Shown here: one piece after another, positions 24,993 to 38,289 of the stretch | Layout of the letters: every line of letters starts with the position of its first letter | How positions within the stretch are numbered: the first letter of the stretch is position 1 | Source: Selaginella moellendorffii | Taxonomy: Eukaryota; Plantae; Lycopodiophyta | Assembly: GCF_000143415.4 (NCBI RefSeq) | Contig: NW_003314289.1 | Coordinates: 986,787 to 1,050,786, forward strand | Reading direction: 5' to 3' | Length of the DNA stretch: 64,000 bases | Notes under the pieces: generated by a model | What the model saw: only the letters and a program-made list of their open reading frames with translations | What the model was told of the DNA's origin: nothing | The model's database searches: none | Made by a program: the position numbers and the translations under genes

Positions 24993-25414
24993 NNNNNNNN
25001 NNNNNNNNNNNNNNNNNNNNNNNNNNNNNNNNNNNNNNNNNNNNNNNNNNNNNNNNNNNNNNNNNNNNNNNNNNNNNNNNNNNNNNNNNNNNNNNNNNNN
25101 NNNNNNNNNNNNNNNNNNNNNNNNNNNNNNNNNNNNNNNNNNNNNNNNNNNNNNNNNNNNNNNNNNNNNNNNNNNNNNNNNNNNNNNNNNNNNNNNNNNN
25201 NNNNNNNNNNNNNNNNNNNNNNNNNNNNNNNNNNNNNNNNNNNNNNNNNNNNNNNNNNNNNNNNNNNNNNNNNNNNNNNNNNNNNNNNNNNNNNNNNNNN
25301 NNNNNNNNNNNNNNNNNNNNNNNNNNNNNNNNNNNNNNNNNNNNNNNNNNNNNNNNNNNNNNNNNNNNNNNNNNNNNNNNNNNNNNNNNNNNNNNNNNNN
25401 NNNNNNNNNNNNNN

Positions 25415-25583
25415 CGGAGTGAACTGGACAGCGGCGAGATCGTCAGTCAGCTCTTTGGCCTTCTTTTCCGCAATTTCCAGCTCCTTGTAGACTTTGGAAG
25501 TCACAACCTCAGACAGTGTTACCATTGTCTGGAAAAGACTAACCTTCATACGTGTAAATTCTACATGTATAGCAGGATCCAGA
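25415..25583 (-). pseudogene. FIP37: Second, inverted FIP37/WTAP fragment
   Basis: LDPAIHVEFTRMK | intron | KELEIAEKKAKELTDDLAAVQFTP on the minus strand. Reverse complement of ~24530-24685 with a few substitutions. Confidence 0.82.
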
Positions 25584-26243
25584 AAGTATGGCTTCTTTCC
25601 AGTTCGTAACAGGGACACTCCTCGGGACGAGGATGGGAAGAAGAGCGACATCTTCGTGTGCGACAAGGCTGCCTACCAGATGCTCAACGATGCTCATCTC
25701 CGAGGAACGGAGCTGGGTGATTGGGTGGCCAAGCGTCTCTGCCTCGGTGCCTTGTTCATGCACCACAACTACGACCAGGTACCGGGCTGGATGGTGATCA
25801 CATTGTTTGGGCGACCCAAGGCAATGCTGCCAACCCGAAGCAAGACAGTGACTTTCAATGAAGAAGGTTTCTCCTTGATCGATAGTATTGATTCTTCTTC
25901 TTTGTCCTCGCAGGTTATTCCGGAATGGCTCAAGCTCCATGGCCAGCAGGATGATGCTGAATGTGTGGAGTCGGCTCAGCCGCTTGCAGAAGCAGCCACT
26001 GAGTTCGACGTAGACGCTTGCTGCTTCAGGTTTTTTTTCATGTGTGGCAGCACCAAGTTTGTAGAGCTGCTCAGGAAAGACTTCGTGTGTTTACAGCAGC
26101 TGTTTGTGGAGCACCGGGCAGTGGACAAGCCTCGTGACGTTCCTTTCAGGGTGTGGCACGTAACAAGCCTCAACTCGAGGAAGAATGCCTCAATGAGTCA
26201 CAGCAGGAGTTCTCGTATCAGAAGGAAGGCTGGGCGTGCCTGA
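25583..26243 (+). pseudogene. Uncharacterised family, copy D (5'-truncated, inverted orientation, frameshift near 26170)
   Basis: Begins at KYGFFPVRNR, fused directly to the inverted FIP37 fragment; the C-terminus shifts frame after PFRVWHVTS. Confidence 0.8.
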
Positions 26244-27399
26244 GGGAGACACCATGCCTGCGATGAGATGAAAGAAATTGAGCTCTACTTAAAGAGCTCT
26301 CACGTTCGTCGTGATGTTTAGAAAGTTTCTGCGGAAGCTCATATTAACATGACTTAGAAAGAGCCTGAGGGGGAATGGAATCCCAATTCAAGATACTGCT
26401 CTTACCTAATATATATTTATAATGAAAATGGTTCCCTTCCTCTAGAACACTACTAAGCACTTCCATTCCACAAGCCTCAGCTTTATTCTATGAATATTTT
26501 TTTTAAAATTATTTATTAATCTTATATTTATTAAAGAGTTTAAAATGTGGAACAAAAGAATTATACAGGTGTAAATGATGGAATATGGAAGGAATACAAC
26601 TGTGAGTGCATGAAATATAAAAAAGGAATACAGAAATGTGCATATTAATTAGCCCAAAAACCTTAATTTATATACAATAGCAAATGGTTTATCTAATTTG
26701 AATTAGTTTTAAAGGAATAAGGATAGAATCAAATGGTAAAACAAAGTTTAATGTGTAATTACCAAGTCATATATTTATTCGCAATTGAAACTTTTAAAAT
26801 AGATTCTATAGGCTATTCATTCTTATAGATGTAAAAATAACTTATGCTGTGACACGGGAGTTGTCCCAAACCCCATGGGACAATTAGTAATGTTTGATGA
26901 AAGTCACCCTTAAAATAATAACAATGCCATGGAATGGAGATATATTTTTCTAGCTCAGTTGCCAGAGGCCGACTCAGTCATAACGTAGAACATTGTCTTT
27001 GTACATGTCTGTATATCATAAAGTAGAACGTTCTCTCTGTATTATATATTCTCCAAGTAATGATGCTTGTAGCACTTAAACATATCAAGTATGGAGTCCA
27101 CGGCAAGAGCAAGCAGTGTAACAAATCCATTGTTAGCCTTCACTCTAAATGTGACACGAAAGAAGTACCTGTCTCAAAGGTGACATGATTTGAACTTCTG
27201 TGGAAAATAGACCACATGCCATCAGTCTAAGGGTATAGTTCAAGAAGACCAGCAGGATATCAGATCGACATCAATAATCTCTGATTGGTCCAAGTAACCA
27301 CTCCAAAACTTGATTTTGTTGCCCCTGTCTCTAATTACATCAGGTAGCAGTTAAATATATCTAAAATATATGTGGCAGTAGAACTTACAACCAGTAAGG

Positions 27400-29600
27400 A
27401 TTCGAGCGTCATAGTTTCAGCAACAATTGTGATATACCAAAGATGACTACTAACTTCATTGATGATATTTTGATCCACTCAGAGGGGATATAGAAGGAAC
27501 ACGTTTGTGATGTTCGTAAGGTGTTGGATCAGGTACGAGAAGTTAGTTTAAAGCTGAAGTAGTTGAAGTGCGTGTTTAAGTCCAAAGACACAACTTATTT
27601 TGGGTATTGTATTTCTCATGAGGGTTTGCAAGTTGATCTTGACAAACTTGTGGCTATTCTAAAGTGCCTTACTCCAAAGTGTGTGAATCATGTGCAATAC
27701 TTCCTGAGAAAGGTCCAGTATCTCGCTCTTTTTGTTGATCATCTTTCTAATCACACTGCACTATTGCAAGCATTGTTAAAGTCGTCAATGTCATCTTTCA
27801 TTTAGTCTGTAGACTGTGAGCAAGCAAATATGGATCTAAAAGAGCTGTTGATAACTCCTCCAGTTTTGGCATATCCTAACTACACTTGACCTTCCATTTT
27901 ACACGTGGATGCTTCTGATATCGGTCTTAGAGGTGTATTGATGCAAAAAAGCTTGAGTGTGTTTGGTTAGCGCTATCCCATTGGATATATCAATCACATT
28001 TATATGGTTTTTAAACATTACTAGAAGGTGATCATGCTGTAATTACTTCATTATTGAAACGGAAAAACTTGGTTAGTTGTATTACTTAGTGGGCTTTAAA
28101 GCTTCAAATATATAATTTTAATGTTGTTCATCACCCGGGGGGGTTTATGGCTAATGCTGATGCCCTTTCTTGAGCTCTTCTTCTTTTTTCGCTCTCTTTT
28201 CATATTTCTAACAAACATGTTATTCCAAAATTTGTGAATTTTTTGGATGAGGATTCTGTGCCGTTGGTGGTTGTTGTATTTGATATTCATGGTTTACAAG
28301 ATGTAGAGCAAAATTTACCTTCTCTTAATGAGGTTTATAAGGCCCAAAAGATTGAGCTGTAAATTTTAAAGCTTTGCAATGGGTTTGAGAATTTTGTATC
28401 ACTTGCTGATGATTTGCCATTTCAATATTTACATTTTTAATATTTCCTTGATGATAATCTTCTTTATTTTGTGAGAACAGATCCTGGTGATTACTTATGG
28501 CTAGTGATGCTTTCAATCTTTATTCCACACTTTTTCCATTCCTACCATAATTCTCCTAATTCTCCTATGGGACATCGTCGTATGACTGAGAAGTTGCATA
28601 GGCCTTTCTATTGGCCAGAGATGCAATATAATATTATTTGATATATGCATAGTTACATTTAGTACCAAACTCATTATACTCCCCCTCATGCTACAAAAGG
28701 ACGGTTGGAGTCAATTGCAATTTTCTATCCATTTGAGTTAGTGGTGTTTGATTTGATAAGACTTTTTCTATGATTGACTATTGATAATGAATATGTCATT
28801 ATTGCTTCTGACTACTTAACTTATTGAGTGGAAGTAGGTGCTCTTCCTAGCGCATTTATAACTGTTGTTGGGTATTTCCTCCTTAATCGAGTAGTGTTCC
28901 AACATTCCTATCTTGAGCGGATTATTTTGGATAATAGTCCCATATTTATGATTGAGGCATTTTATGTTTTGAAGTTTTAATTGGGGATATGCCACACTTT
29001 TATGAATGTTTATCATCCATAATTAGATGGTTTGATAGAACAGCTTGTTCATACCTTCAAAGGGATGATCATAAAGTATGTAAACTTTTAGCATTTAGAT
29101 TGGGATGGATATTTGCCATATTTTCGGTATCTGTATGTTATAGGGCTATAGAGTTGTATTAGTGCTTCACCATATAAACTTTTATATAGTCATAATTCAA
29201 TATTGCTAACAAAGTTAGGTTTACCTTTGCAATTGTTACAAACTGCTAATGCTAGGTTGTGGGATCAATATTTGACAAGCATTCATCCACTTGTCCAAGT
29301 AGAATTTACCGAACACCTGGGCCATGTACAAGTGGGATAACAACATTATAACTCCCATCATTGTTCACTTGCGGAGTATAAAGTAGATGACTTAGTGTTA
29401 ATCTGTTTTCTCCATCTTATGGTACATGGATTATCTAAAGGGCTCCTTGCTTAGTAGAAATATCCATATCGAGTGTTGTGGCATGTTGTACTACAAGTTT
29501 ATAAGGTTTAGCATGATATTTAACAAGCCAATCCTTCAGAAATTGTGCATGTGCAGTGGCTAAAATACTTCATACAAAAAGATTAGGAATAATTAGCACC
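27400..29600 (+). mobile_element. Decayed Ty3/gypsy-type pol (RT, RNase H, integrase remnants)
   Basis: FIDDILIHS (RT); KCVF...YFGYCIS..G..VD; FILHVDASDIGLRGVLMQ (RNase H); GH......FYWPEM and PFELVVFDLI (integrase). Order RT-RH-IN; many stops. Confidence 0.82.
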
Positions 29601-30103
29601 ATCTACAAATCCACTAATGCCTCCTCCTGATGTTCCTCTAGACCCTGGCCTATCCATGAAAGAACCTTGATTGTGTTTTATTATTTTGAGACGAAAGAAT
29701 GATATAAGGTCCAAATGTATGGCAATGATGCTATATATTAATATTAGCATAGTGGGATTTTGGTAGCTATTGAATTGGTTTCAATCTAGACTACTCACTC
29801 CTATATATAAGCTAGGGTTTTTGGGTTCATTAATATGCACATATCTTGTATTCTCTTTCTATATTCCATGCACTCATAAAATTTTATTAATTTGATATAC
29901 ATACTTCTTAGTGGAAGAAGATCTAATAAAAAAAATATTCAAAAAAATATTTACATCTTTAAATATTTACTAGATATTAAACTAATATATAAATAAATTT
30001 AAATATACTCATATAATATATCACTTAGTAAAGTCAATACAAAAATATTAAATAATTTTCCATCATGAATGTCACTTAAAAAAACTTATTCAACAAAGTT
30101 TTC

Positions 30104-30108
<5 letters not shown>

Positions 30109-30144
<36 letters not shown>
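30109..30144. repeat. (TA)n microsatellite
   Basis: Uninterrupted TA run. Confidence 0.95.
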
Positions 30145-30145
<1 letters not shown>

Positions 30146-31720
30146 CTTTTAAATTAAGGTTTCTAATCTGAAAATAAAACTTTTTCTCAGTAAACTCATA
30201 CAAAAAATAGCAAAGAAAAGATTTTAATGATAATAGTATTTTGAATTTTTACAATGTCTTTTTTATAAGTTTTCTTAATGTATTAGAATTTTATTAAAAC
30301 ATTTAAAATAAAATTTATATATTTTGGTTATATCAAACTCAATCTAAATTTATAACTTGTAAAAAAGAATAAATGAATATTTTATAATATTAATATTGAA
30401 AAATTACTCATTTCAAACATTATTAAACTAAACCAAGTATATCTTTTTACAAATCATTAAGTTATAAATTATTACATTATTAAACTCTCTCTTTATTTTT
30501 TGAGATAGAATGTGTTATGTAGGCATGATTTGTTAATATTATAAAGAAATGAAGTTTTTTTTATTAATATATACTAAGTGGAAATAAAAAATATAAGCAA
30601 TTTTTTCACACTAGTGTTGCATTCCCAATTTATGTTGTTATGAGTTTTTATACAAAATAATTAGAGAAAATAAAAATAATTCATCATATTATTACAATTG
30701 TATTGTGTAATTTTTCTATTTGTATATTTTAAATATTTTTTGCTAAATAAATTTTAATTCTTAAGGGTGGTTAAAAACTATTTATGATGGTTATGTATAC
30801 CAATGTTTTTTTATTACTAGTGTATTAATAATGAAAAATATTCTCTAATATACATAATAAGATTCAGTTATATACAATCTTAAAAGGTAATTTTTGAAAA
30901 ATATTTCTATCTAGACTCCTTATAAAAATATTAAATTTTTTATTTTAAATTTAAATATTATACTGAAAAATATGTTATAAAATTTATAGACATAATAAAT
31001 GAGATAGAATATTAAAGAGTTTTGCTAACTTTGTTTTTTATTTTAAAAAAATTATTAAAATCTATAAAATATTACTTTATCAATATTGGTATTTTGAATC
31101 TGTAAAATATATTTATTTAAATGTTTCTAAATATTTTTTTTACTTCTTTTTAAATATAAATTTATTAAGCTTTATTATTATGGTATGCTCACCCTTCATT
31201 TAGCACTCATTGTGATTTATAAATTGTATACTTATATAAAAAATTGATGGATAACACTAATTAATTTCTAATGGTTTTTGTTATTAGAGATTTACTAATA
31301 GGTTGAATAAGTTTTTGAAAAACATATCAATGTAAAAGTCAAAAAAATATTATTTAATTGCATTAATAATTACTTGCATCTATAAATCCTTCCCAATACC
31401 ACTGAAGTTAGGGTTTTATTTGTGGACAAGATTTTTAAATTATCAGATTAGTGTAAACTAGATCATAATTTATTTATATAATATATAGCTTTATTAATTG
31501 GTATCATACTAATTTGAAATATGTATGCTTATTATGTAGGACCTTCTTTGATCAGGGTGTGATAATTAATTAAAGAATTATTAATTTAAAGAAGGAATTA
31601 CAGAAAGAGAGAAAGTTAACGGAAGAAGATTCAATGAAATCAAAATAATATCCAAATCAATGACTCTTTATTAAATATAATATTAGTAAATAAATGTTTT
31701 TAGATATATTCATAGAAAGT

Positions 31721-31800
31721 ATGCAAGCTATCATCTAGTAAAGCCAATGTTAACTGTGGATGCAAGCTATCATCTAGTAAAGCCAATGTTAACTGTGGAT
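31721..31800. repeat. Perfect 39-bp tandem duplication
   Basis: atgcaagctatcatctagtaaagccaatgttaactgtgg occurs twice in tandem. Confidence 0.9.
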
Positions 31801-31973
31801 GAGAGATTGGGCAATGTTTGCTAATGTTGCAAAGGACAGGAACCTTTTTCATTCTTAATATATATTAAATGGGAATAAAAAATAAGAACAATTTCCTAAA
31901 GCTGGCACTAAGATTCCACTCCCCCTCAAGCACTTCCCCAAGTTGTCTTCCATGAGAGCTCTTCAAGTAGAGC

Positions 31974-32912
31974 TCAAACTCTTTCGTCTTGTTGCAGGCA
32001 GTTTCCTGACGCTGCCGTCCGGATTCCACTCTCCCTCAGGTACGCCCAGCCTCCCCTCTGATACGAGAAGTCCTGCTCCGACTCATTGAGGCATTCTTCC
32101 TCGAGTTGAGAGCAACTCTGGCTTGTTATGTGCCACACCCTGAAAGGAACGTCACGAGGCTTGTCCACTGCCCGGCGCTTCAAAAACAGCTGCTGTAAAC
32201 CCGCAAAGTCTTTCCTGAGCAGCTCTGCAAACTTGGTGTTGCCACACACGAAAACAGTCCTCCAGGAGCCAGCGCCTCCGTCGATGTCAGTGGCTGCTTC
32301 GGCAAACAGATTAGCCGACTCCGCACATTCCGCATCATCCTGCTGGCCATGGAGCTTGAGCCATTCCGGAATAACCTGCGAGGACAAAGAAGAAGAATCA
32401 ATACTATCGATCAAGGAGAAACCTTCTTCATTGAAAGTCACCGTCTTGCTTAGGGTTGGCAGCATTGCCTTGGGTCGCCCAAACAATGTGATCACCCTCC
32501 AGCCCGGTACCTGGTCGTAGTTGTGGTGTGCAAACAAGGCACCGAAACGGAGACGCTTGGTCACCCAGGCGCCCAGCTCCGTTCCTCGGAGCTGAGCATC
32601 ATTGAACACCTGGTAGGCAGCCTTGTCGCACAAGAAGACATCGCTCTTCTTCCCATCCTCGTCCCGAGGAGTGTCCCTGTTACGAACTGGAAAGAAGCCA
32701 TACTTCATAGCCACCACCTCATCCAGTCCGGTGGGGTGGAGCTTGCCTGGAATGGGGACCCAACCAGTGGCCTCCTCCTCCTCCTCCGTGCATGGACGCC
32801 TCGGGGAGGCGTCACCCCTGCTGCTACGACTGTGCCCGGGGCTCCTGGAGCGCGGCCTCTCGCCCGAGCGTGGCCTTCCATCGTCGTGCCTGCGCAAGCT
32901 AGAGTCATCCAT
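31974..32912 (-). CDS. Uncharacterised family, copy E (open frame, shortened Arg/Ser N-terminus)
   Basis: Uninterrupted ORF; first in-frame ATG at 32912 (MDDSSLRR). Closest to copy C in its C-terminal region. Confidence 0.65.
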   Translation of the reverse strand: MDDSSLRRHDDGRPRSGERPRSRSPGHSRSSRGDASPRRPCTEEEEEATGWVPIPGKLHPTGLDEVVAMKYGFFPVRNRDTPRDEDGKKSDVFLCDKAAYQVFNDAQLRGTELGAWVTKRLRFGALFAHHNYDQVPGWRVITLFGRPKAMLPTLSKTVTFNEEGFSLIDSIDSSSLSSQVIPEWLKLHGQQDDAECAESANLFAEAATDIDGGAGSWRTVFVCGNTKFAELLRKDFAGLQQLFLKRRAVDKPRDVPFRVWHITSQSCSQLEEECLNESEQDFSYQRGGWAYLRESGIRTAASGNCLQQDERV

Positions 32913-34676
32913 TCCGTCTTTTATCAAGAGCCCTAATTTCTACGGCTGCTAATACCCTAATCTCCCAGATTAGGGCGAGTTACGAGATTTGCAAGAATAA
33001 TATAAATTCATAGGTATATATATTGATCAGTATAGGCCAAGTTTATCTTTTATTATTCAACTGATTACCACACATTGCATCTACATCTACATCATGCATT
33101 TATGTCTCCATTAAGAGCTTGGAACCTTTTGTACCACACATTGGTTTCGAAGAGCCTGAAGTGCACCCAATAGTTAAGATGGTTGAAGTTATTAATGTCC
33201 ATCTGGCTTATTGCTGAACTCACATTGATGATGCAAGGTCTATGGTGAGATTGTATCTCATGAGATGAAGCAAGCACTACATCATCCAAATTCCATAGAA
33301 ATTCATGCTTATAACATCCTTGGAACATTGGATTGCCCAAGTTCTCATTTCTTAAAGATTCCAATATTGTTGACCTGTAATTAATTTAGTACAAACCACC
33401 AAACTTAGTTTCAATCCATTTAGCAAAGTTTTGGATGGATTAGCTTCTCACGACCAAGACGTGGAACTGAAGTGTTGCCAGATTAATCCTTTGATCCTGC
33501 TTGAGAGAATTCAGAGCCACCAACCCTCTCTGCTCGTCTCTGGCAGTCAGGACCGTCATCGCCAGGCCTTGAGCAATGGCAAACCCAAGGGTTGCTCCCA
33601 GTCACCACAGCAATTGTATCTTTGGACCACTATCTTATATCGAAGATTTGGATCCAGGAAGAGCATTCCAAGAGACTAGTTAAGTGATGAAAGAACTTTC
33701 TCTAGACACTTAATGATTGCAAGAGTCCGTCATAGCTTATGTGGTTGGAAATACAATCTTCGTAAGTTTTCATGGTGCTTGCAACTGGCGACAAATGACA
33801 ACTGTGGTGAAACTATTGTTAAGCTGGAACTTCTCAGCAATCTTCTTCAAAATAAATCTTCTTCTTTTTGCAAGGTTTGGCATATGCAATTTGCTATGCA
33901 TTCCAAGTCGTCTACGTGCTTGTAGTTTGAAACTCGTCCAAACACGAAATCATGTTCTTGAAGAGTGAGGTGCTGCGATGAGTGGTCTTTTTGTCGACGA
34001 GCGAGTTGTGGTCTTTTTGTCGAATGGATCAGTAGGTAACCACAAAAAAGAGGGAAAGAGCTTACATGCTTTTGTTGATTCATGTTTTTCTGGTATCCCT
34101 CTACCCTGGAAACGAAGACTCGCAAAAGATTCGTGCTAAGTCTTTGTTTGAGGTCAACGAAAATGACTCCAAAGGTTTATCTTTCTTTCTTGGTTGGTTT
34201 TTCTCAAAAAAAATAAAATCTCAGGTGATGGTAACTTTTTTAAGATAGCGGGAGTGATTACTGCACTTCTCAAAGTCTTGGTACGTTTTTCTCTCTCTCA
34301 CTTTTGAAAAATTCTTTGTCCAGGAAGGTCGGGTTTGATTCCAGCAGAGGGGATCTTCTCCAGGGCGAGGTAAAAAGCTTTTTTCACTCCTTTGCAGGAT
34401 TAGTTCGTGAGCTTGTTCTTGCTGTTGTATTTTGTATTTGGTGTTGGTCCTGTCGTAGATTCTTTCGGGTAGTTTGCTAAGTTCGAAATTTTCTAAATGG
34501 CCTTTATTGTACCTGGAGTTTTTTTTTTTTTTTTTTTTTTGACAATTCTTGGAGGTATATAGTTTCAAGCTAAATCAAGCACAAACTCACCGTTATTTCT
34601 ACAGGAATCAATGAACCAATCCATATGGCAATGGTATCGGCCTTAGGGTATGTTATGAGTTTCTGTAAGTTCATTT

Positions 34677-34964
34677 ATGCTTTATTTTGTTAAAGTGGAA
34701 CTTTTCATTATCCCACTTATGGTGTGTGGCCACATGCCATTTTTATAACAACAATAAAAAATTGAAGTTTTAGCTTTATAATTTATAAATTAAAAATTTT
34801 TCATATGATTTTGTGTTATAATATTGTGAAATATAAAAAATAAATTAAAAAAACTGATAGAAATATTAATAAATATTAATTAAGTACTAGGAAATGGCAT
34901 GTGGACACATGCTAATTAATGTCCCACTTTACTGAATAAGTTCCACTTTAACAAAATAAAGCAT
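34677..34964. mobile_element. MITE, copy 2 (same family as 21378-21664; 4-bp TSD ATTT)
   Basis: Near-identical internal sequence; TIRs ATGCTTTATTTTGTTAAAGTGGAACTT / AAGTTCCACTTTAACAAAATAAAGCAT; flanked by attt on both sides. Confidence 0.88.
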
Positions 34965-34979
34965 ATTTCCTCTTTTGAT

Positions 34980-36250
34980 CTCATAGCAAGATCTCTGAAG
35001 AAGACAGAAAACGAGAACTCATTGAAAGAACTTCACATGCCATGCGTGAGAATCAATTTTGCTTTTTTTTCCTACTTTTACATCTTGTTTGCACGGATAT
35101 CTTTGAGCCTTGGCATTCTCATGTACAAATTAGCAGCTTTTCTTATTGATACTATTGTGCCATGATGGCCTTCTATGGTAAAATCTCAGTTTTTTTCATT
35201 TTAACGGATTGTTGTTGAAAACAAGCGCTGGACTGATAACGAGAAGCATGGTTATACTTCAGGTAGCTTCAGAAGAAGAAAAACACTCAAGTTGCAAAAC
35301 CATCCTCTTGAGCCAGCTGACCGTGCTTGGCTATGCAAGTTTGAGGTACCAAGCTGGCTCTATCAAGCATATCGACCATTCGCTCTCGAAGTTCTGGTTA
35401 CAAGACAAAAGATTCGTGTGTTCTTGACTGTGTTCTTGGTGTTTTACTCGCTTTGGCCTCGACAGTGGGAGCTTTGGCTCAATGGCCTGTTAGCTTTTTC
35501 TTTTGAATCAGATCTTTGCTCAAGATGATCGAGGTCTGAGATGGGAAAATCCTTTTGCAGACAAACATGTCAAGGAGGTAGTGAAGTAATTTTTGCTCTA
35601 CAGTCTTTCATTTCTTCGCTTTCAGGTGTGTTTACTTATGATACTCACGGCCATATCCAGCTCGCTGCTGACAAAATTCATCCTCACTCGCGCATGACTG
35701 TGGCGGAGTTTTTAGAACGAAGTGGAGACTCCACGCTTGTGCCACAGAAGGGGGCTTTCTTCAACGCTTAAGAGGTATTAAATTCTTTTCACACAGAAAT
35801 TGTGGGACCTGGCATGGCTTTAGATTTTCTTCTTTTTCATGTTGCAGAATTTTTTCCGGAAATATGTATCAACTCTTGAAAGAAGCTGTCAGAGGAACTT
35901 CAAAGTTGAAAAGGAATTGCTTCATCAGAGGTGCAAGAGATCCAAAGACAAACTTCAGGAGGTGAAATCGAAGCTGGTTAAGGCAAGCTTTCCTACTGTG
36001 ATTCAGTTTAAAGCACCTGACTTGAGAGGAGGACTGACTTGAAAGATTGCTTACCAGCCGGGACCTGCAAAGAGATGTAGCTGCAAATTTTAGCCATATC
36101 CAGCATCCTAGACCACAGAATATGCCCAACACATACCCAAGCCTGTGCACATGAAGAATTTGGACAATATGAAAATGAATTCAAAGCAAGCAATTCTACT
36201 TTGAGCTTTTCAGAATTCGCATTTCTGCCGCCTTGATCGTTTGGGGATCG
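34980..36250 (+). pseudogene. Unidentified exon-like fragments (possible decayed multi-exon gene)
   Basis: Short coding-like blocks bounded by ag/gt sites (e.g. GVFTYDTHGHIQLAADK, NFFRKYVSTLERSCQRNF) with in-frame stops. Family not recognised. Confidence 0.3.
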
Positions 36251-36381
36251 TGGCATCCGCGAGTGTGGCCCAACCTCCCGTGTCACATTTAGTCTGCAAG
36301 AGTGCTAATTAGGAATATCTAATATTCTCCTCTTTAGAAAGCTAAATCGATGCATTCCTGGTAAGGTTTGTGGAGGCAAGG

Positions 36382-37657
36382 ATGCCGAAGAGAAAGTGGG
36401 ACGGCATGATAGACAGGATCAAGAAGAGCATGACCCATGCGTGTACCCAGAGGAAGAGGCCAATGGATACTTCAATCTGGTCGCGGTTGCCCCGAGACAT
36501 CCAACAAGAGCTCATCACTCTCCTCCCAATCCCGACGCTCTGCCGCTTCCGCTCCCTCTCCAAGGATTGGCACGCGGCAATCCTGCAGCAGCAGTCACGG
36601 AAGCAGTGGTACATCTCCCTTGGTAACTCTGGTAAGCTTCAAATTTCACCCGACGGTATCTCCTGGAAGGTGTTGTTCACTCTCCCCCTCCCAAAGGGAA
36701 GCATGAGCACTTGCTCGGCAGGCTTGGTACTGGCCTTCTGTCTCGCCACGGAAAACTTTGTGGTACTCAATCCAATGCTTCAAAGCAGGCAGGAGCTGCT
36801 TCCGCGGCTGGACGAATATGTGATCTTCACTGCTATTCAATCAGTGCCATGCAGCAGCGAAACACTCTCGTACATCGTTGTTGCAGTGACTTCCATGACT
36901 GTTGGCGACCTGCGGATGCACTTGTATGATTCGAGGGCGGCAGCGTGGCTCTCTGCTGTAAGCTTCCCTGTGCCAGACCGGGCCAATGGCGAGCTCTTTT
37001 GTTGTGCCACAGACGATGGCTTGAACAACTGCATGCTGCTTCAGGACGATCATCTGTACTTCTTCACCATTTCGCCAGGAAATGTGACAACACTCAAATC
37101 CTTCAACGTGTGGAACCCCAAGGCCACCCTCCAAACCGTGGCAACCTGGACAAGCCTCCCCTTGGGCTTTGAACGGCAACCATCGTACGAAGACGCGGCT
37201 TGTTTTGCTAGGAGCGGATACGGCTGTGCAAGAAAGGATATGTCTCTCATCTTTTGTGGAGGTGACTCTTCATTCTGGTGTGGTATGTTTGTAGCTGATC
37301 GTTGTGGTAATTGCAGGAAAGATACTGCTTGGCATGATGGACCCAAGTGACGACCTCAGCGACCGTGGAAGCCGCAGGTTTGGTTTTGTGTATCTGGATG
37401 AGGAGAGTCGCAGCTGGCAGGCGATGACATCCCTGAGCCTAGGCAGTGTTTTTTCGCCCGAAATCTTCAAAAAGTCTCCATGCACCTTCATGCTGGCTGC
37501 TGGAAACAATAACAGTACCGAGGTGACACTGCTCTTTCATTACAAATGGGGATGCGTTTTAGATCTAGCTTCTGGTACCTGGCGTGCCAATTATTGGTAC
37601 CCAGAGGCAAAGGCATATGCGTTTCTTCCATTCTATCCTTCCTTCCAGAAGTTCTAG
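36382..37657 (+). CDS. F-box protein (probably two exons; intron ~37262-37316)
   Basis: IWSRLPRDIQQELITLLPIPTLCRFRSLSKDW is an F-box motif. A phase-1 GT-AG intron joins the 326-aa and 117-aa ORFs in frame. Confidence 0.8.
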
Positions 37658-38289
37658 TTTTTGCAGTTGTCATCACCTAAGAAACATCACAACAATAAGT
37701 TATGTAGGTTTTCTGGGGATTTTATTTCTCTACAAAATCCCCTAGAATATTCTTTGCATCCTACAATCACGACCATGAAGGCACTTTTATGAAAGACTGT
37801 AGCATAAATTAGTAACAGGAATAAAGAATTCCTTGACTACACAATGTTCTTGGATGGAGTGAACCTTAGTGTCTCACTTCTAAAGACTTGGTGTTTCCCA
37901 ATTGTCACATCTTTTGATCAAATTGCCTGTTACTTGCTGTTCCTAGGCATCCCAATTCACCCTTGTTTATAGCGTTTAGAGAGCACGAGCTCGTAGGTTG
38001 GCGTGCAAGTTTCTCATGTTATTGGGAGCATAAATCATCTTGGTTCTTATAATTTTGTTTTTGTTCTTTTATTTTCAAAGCATTCTAATTTTTTAAGTAA
38101 ATCGTGAAATACTCACCTTCAATAAAAAGATGTCAAAGATAGTTCATTATATCTCTCAGCAACAAAGAATTAACACCTTCTTGCATTTGCCTTCTCCAGG
38201 GAGCCAGAAGAACCTTTTTCATCCTTCTAGGAAGGTCCAAGGTTTCCCAGGGACGCTCGGATGGTGGCCACTTGTCCTGGGACTCCAAT

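Noticed and set aside
24935-25666. 243-aa ORF appearing to be a FIP37 fusion protein
   Set aside because: It runs through an N gap, reads the antisense strand of the RS gene and reads through an intron.
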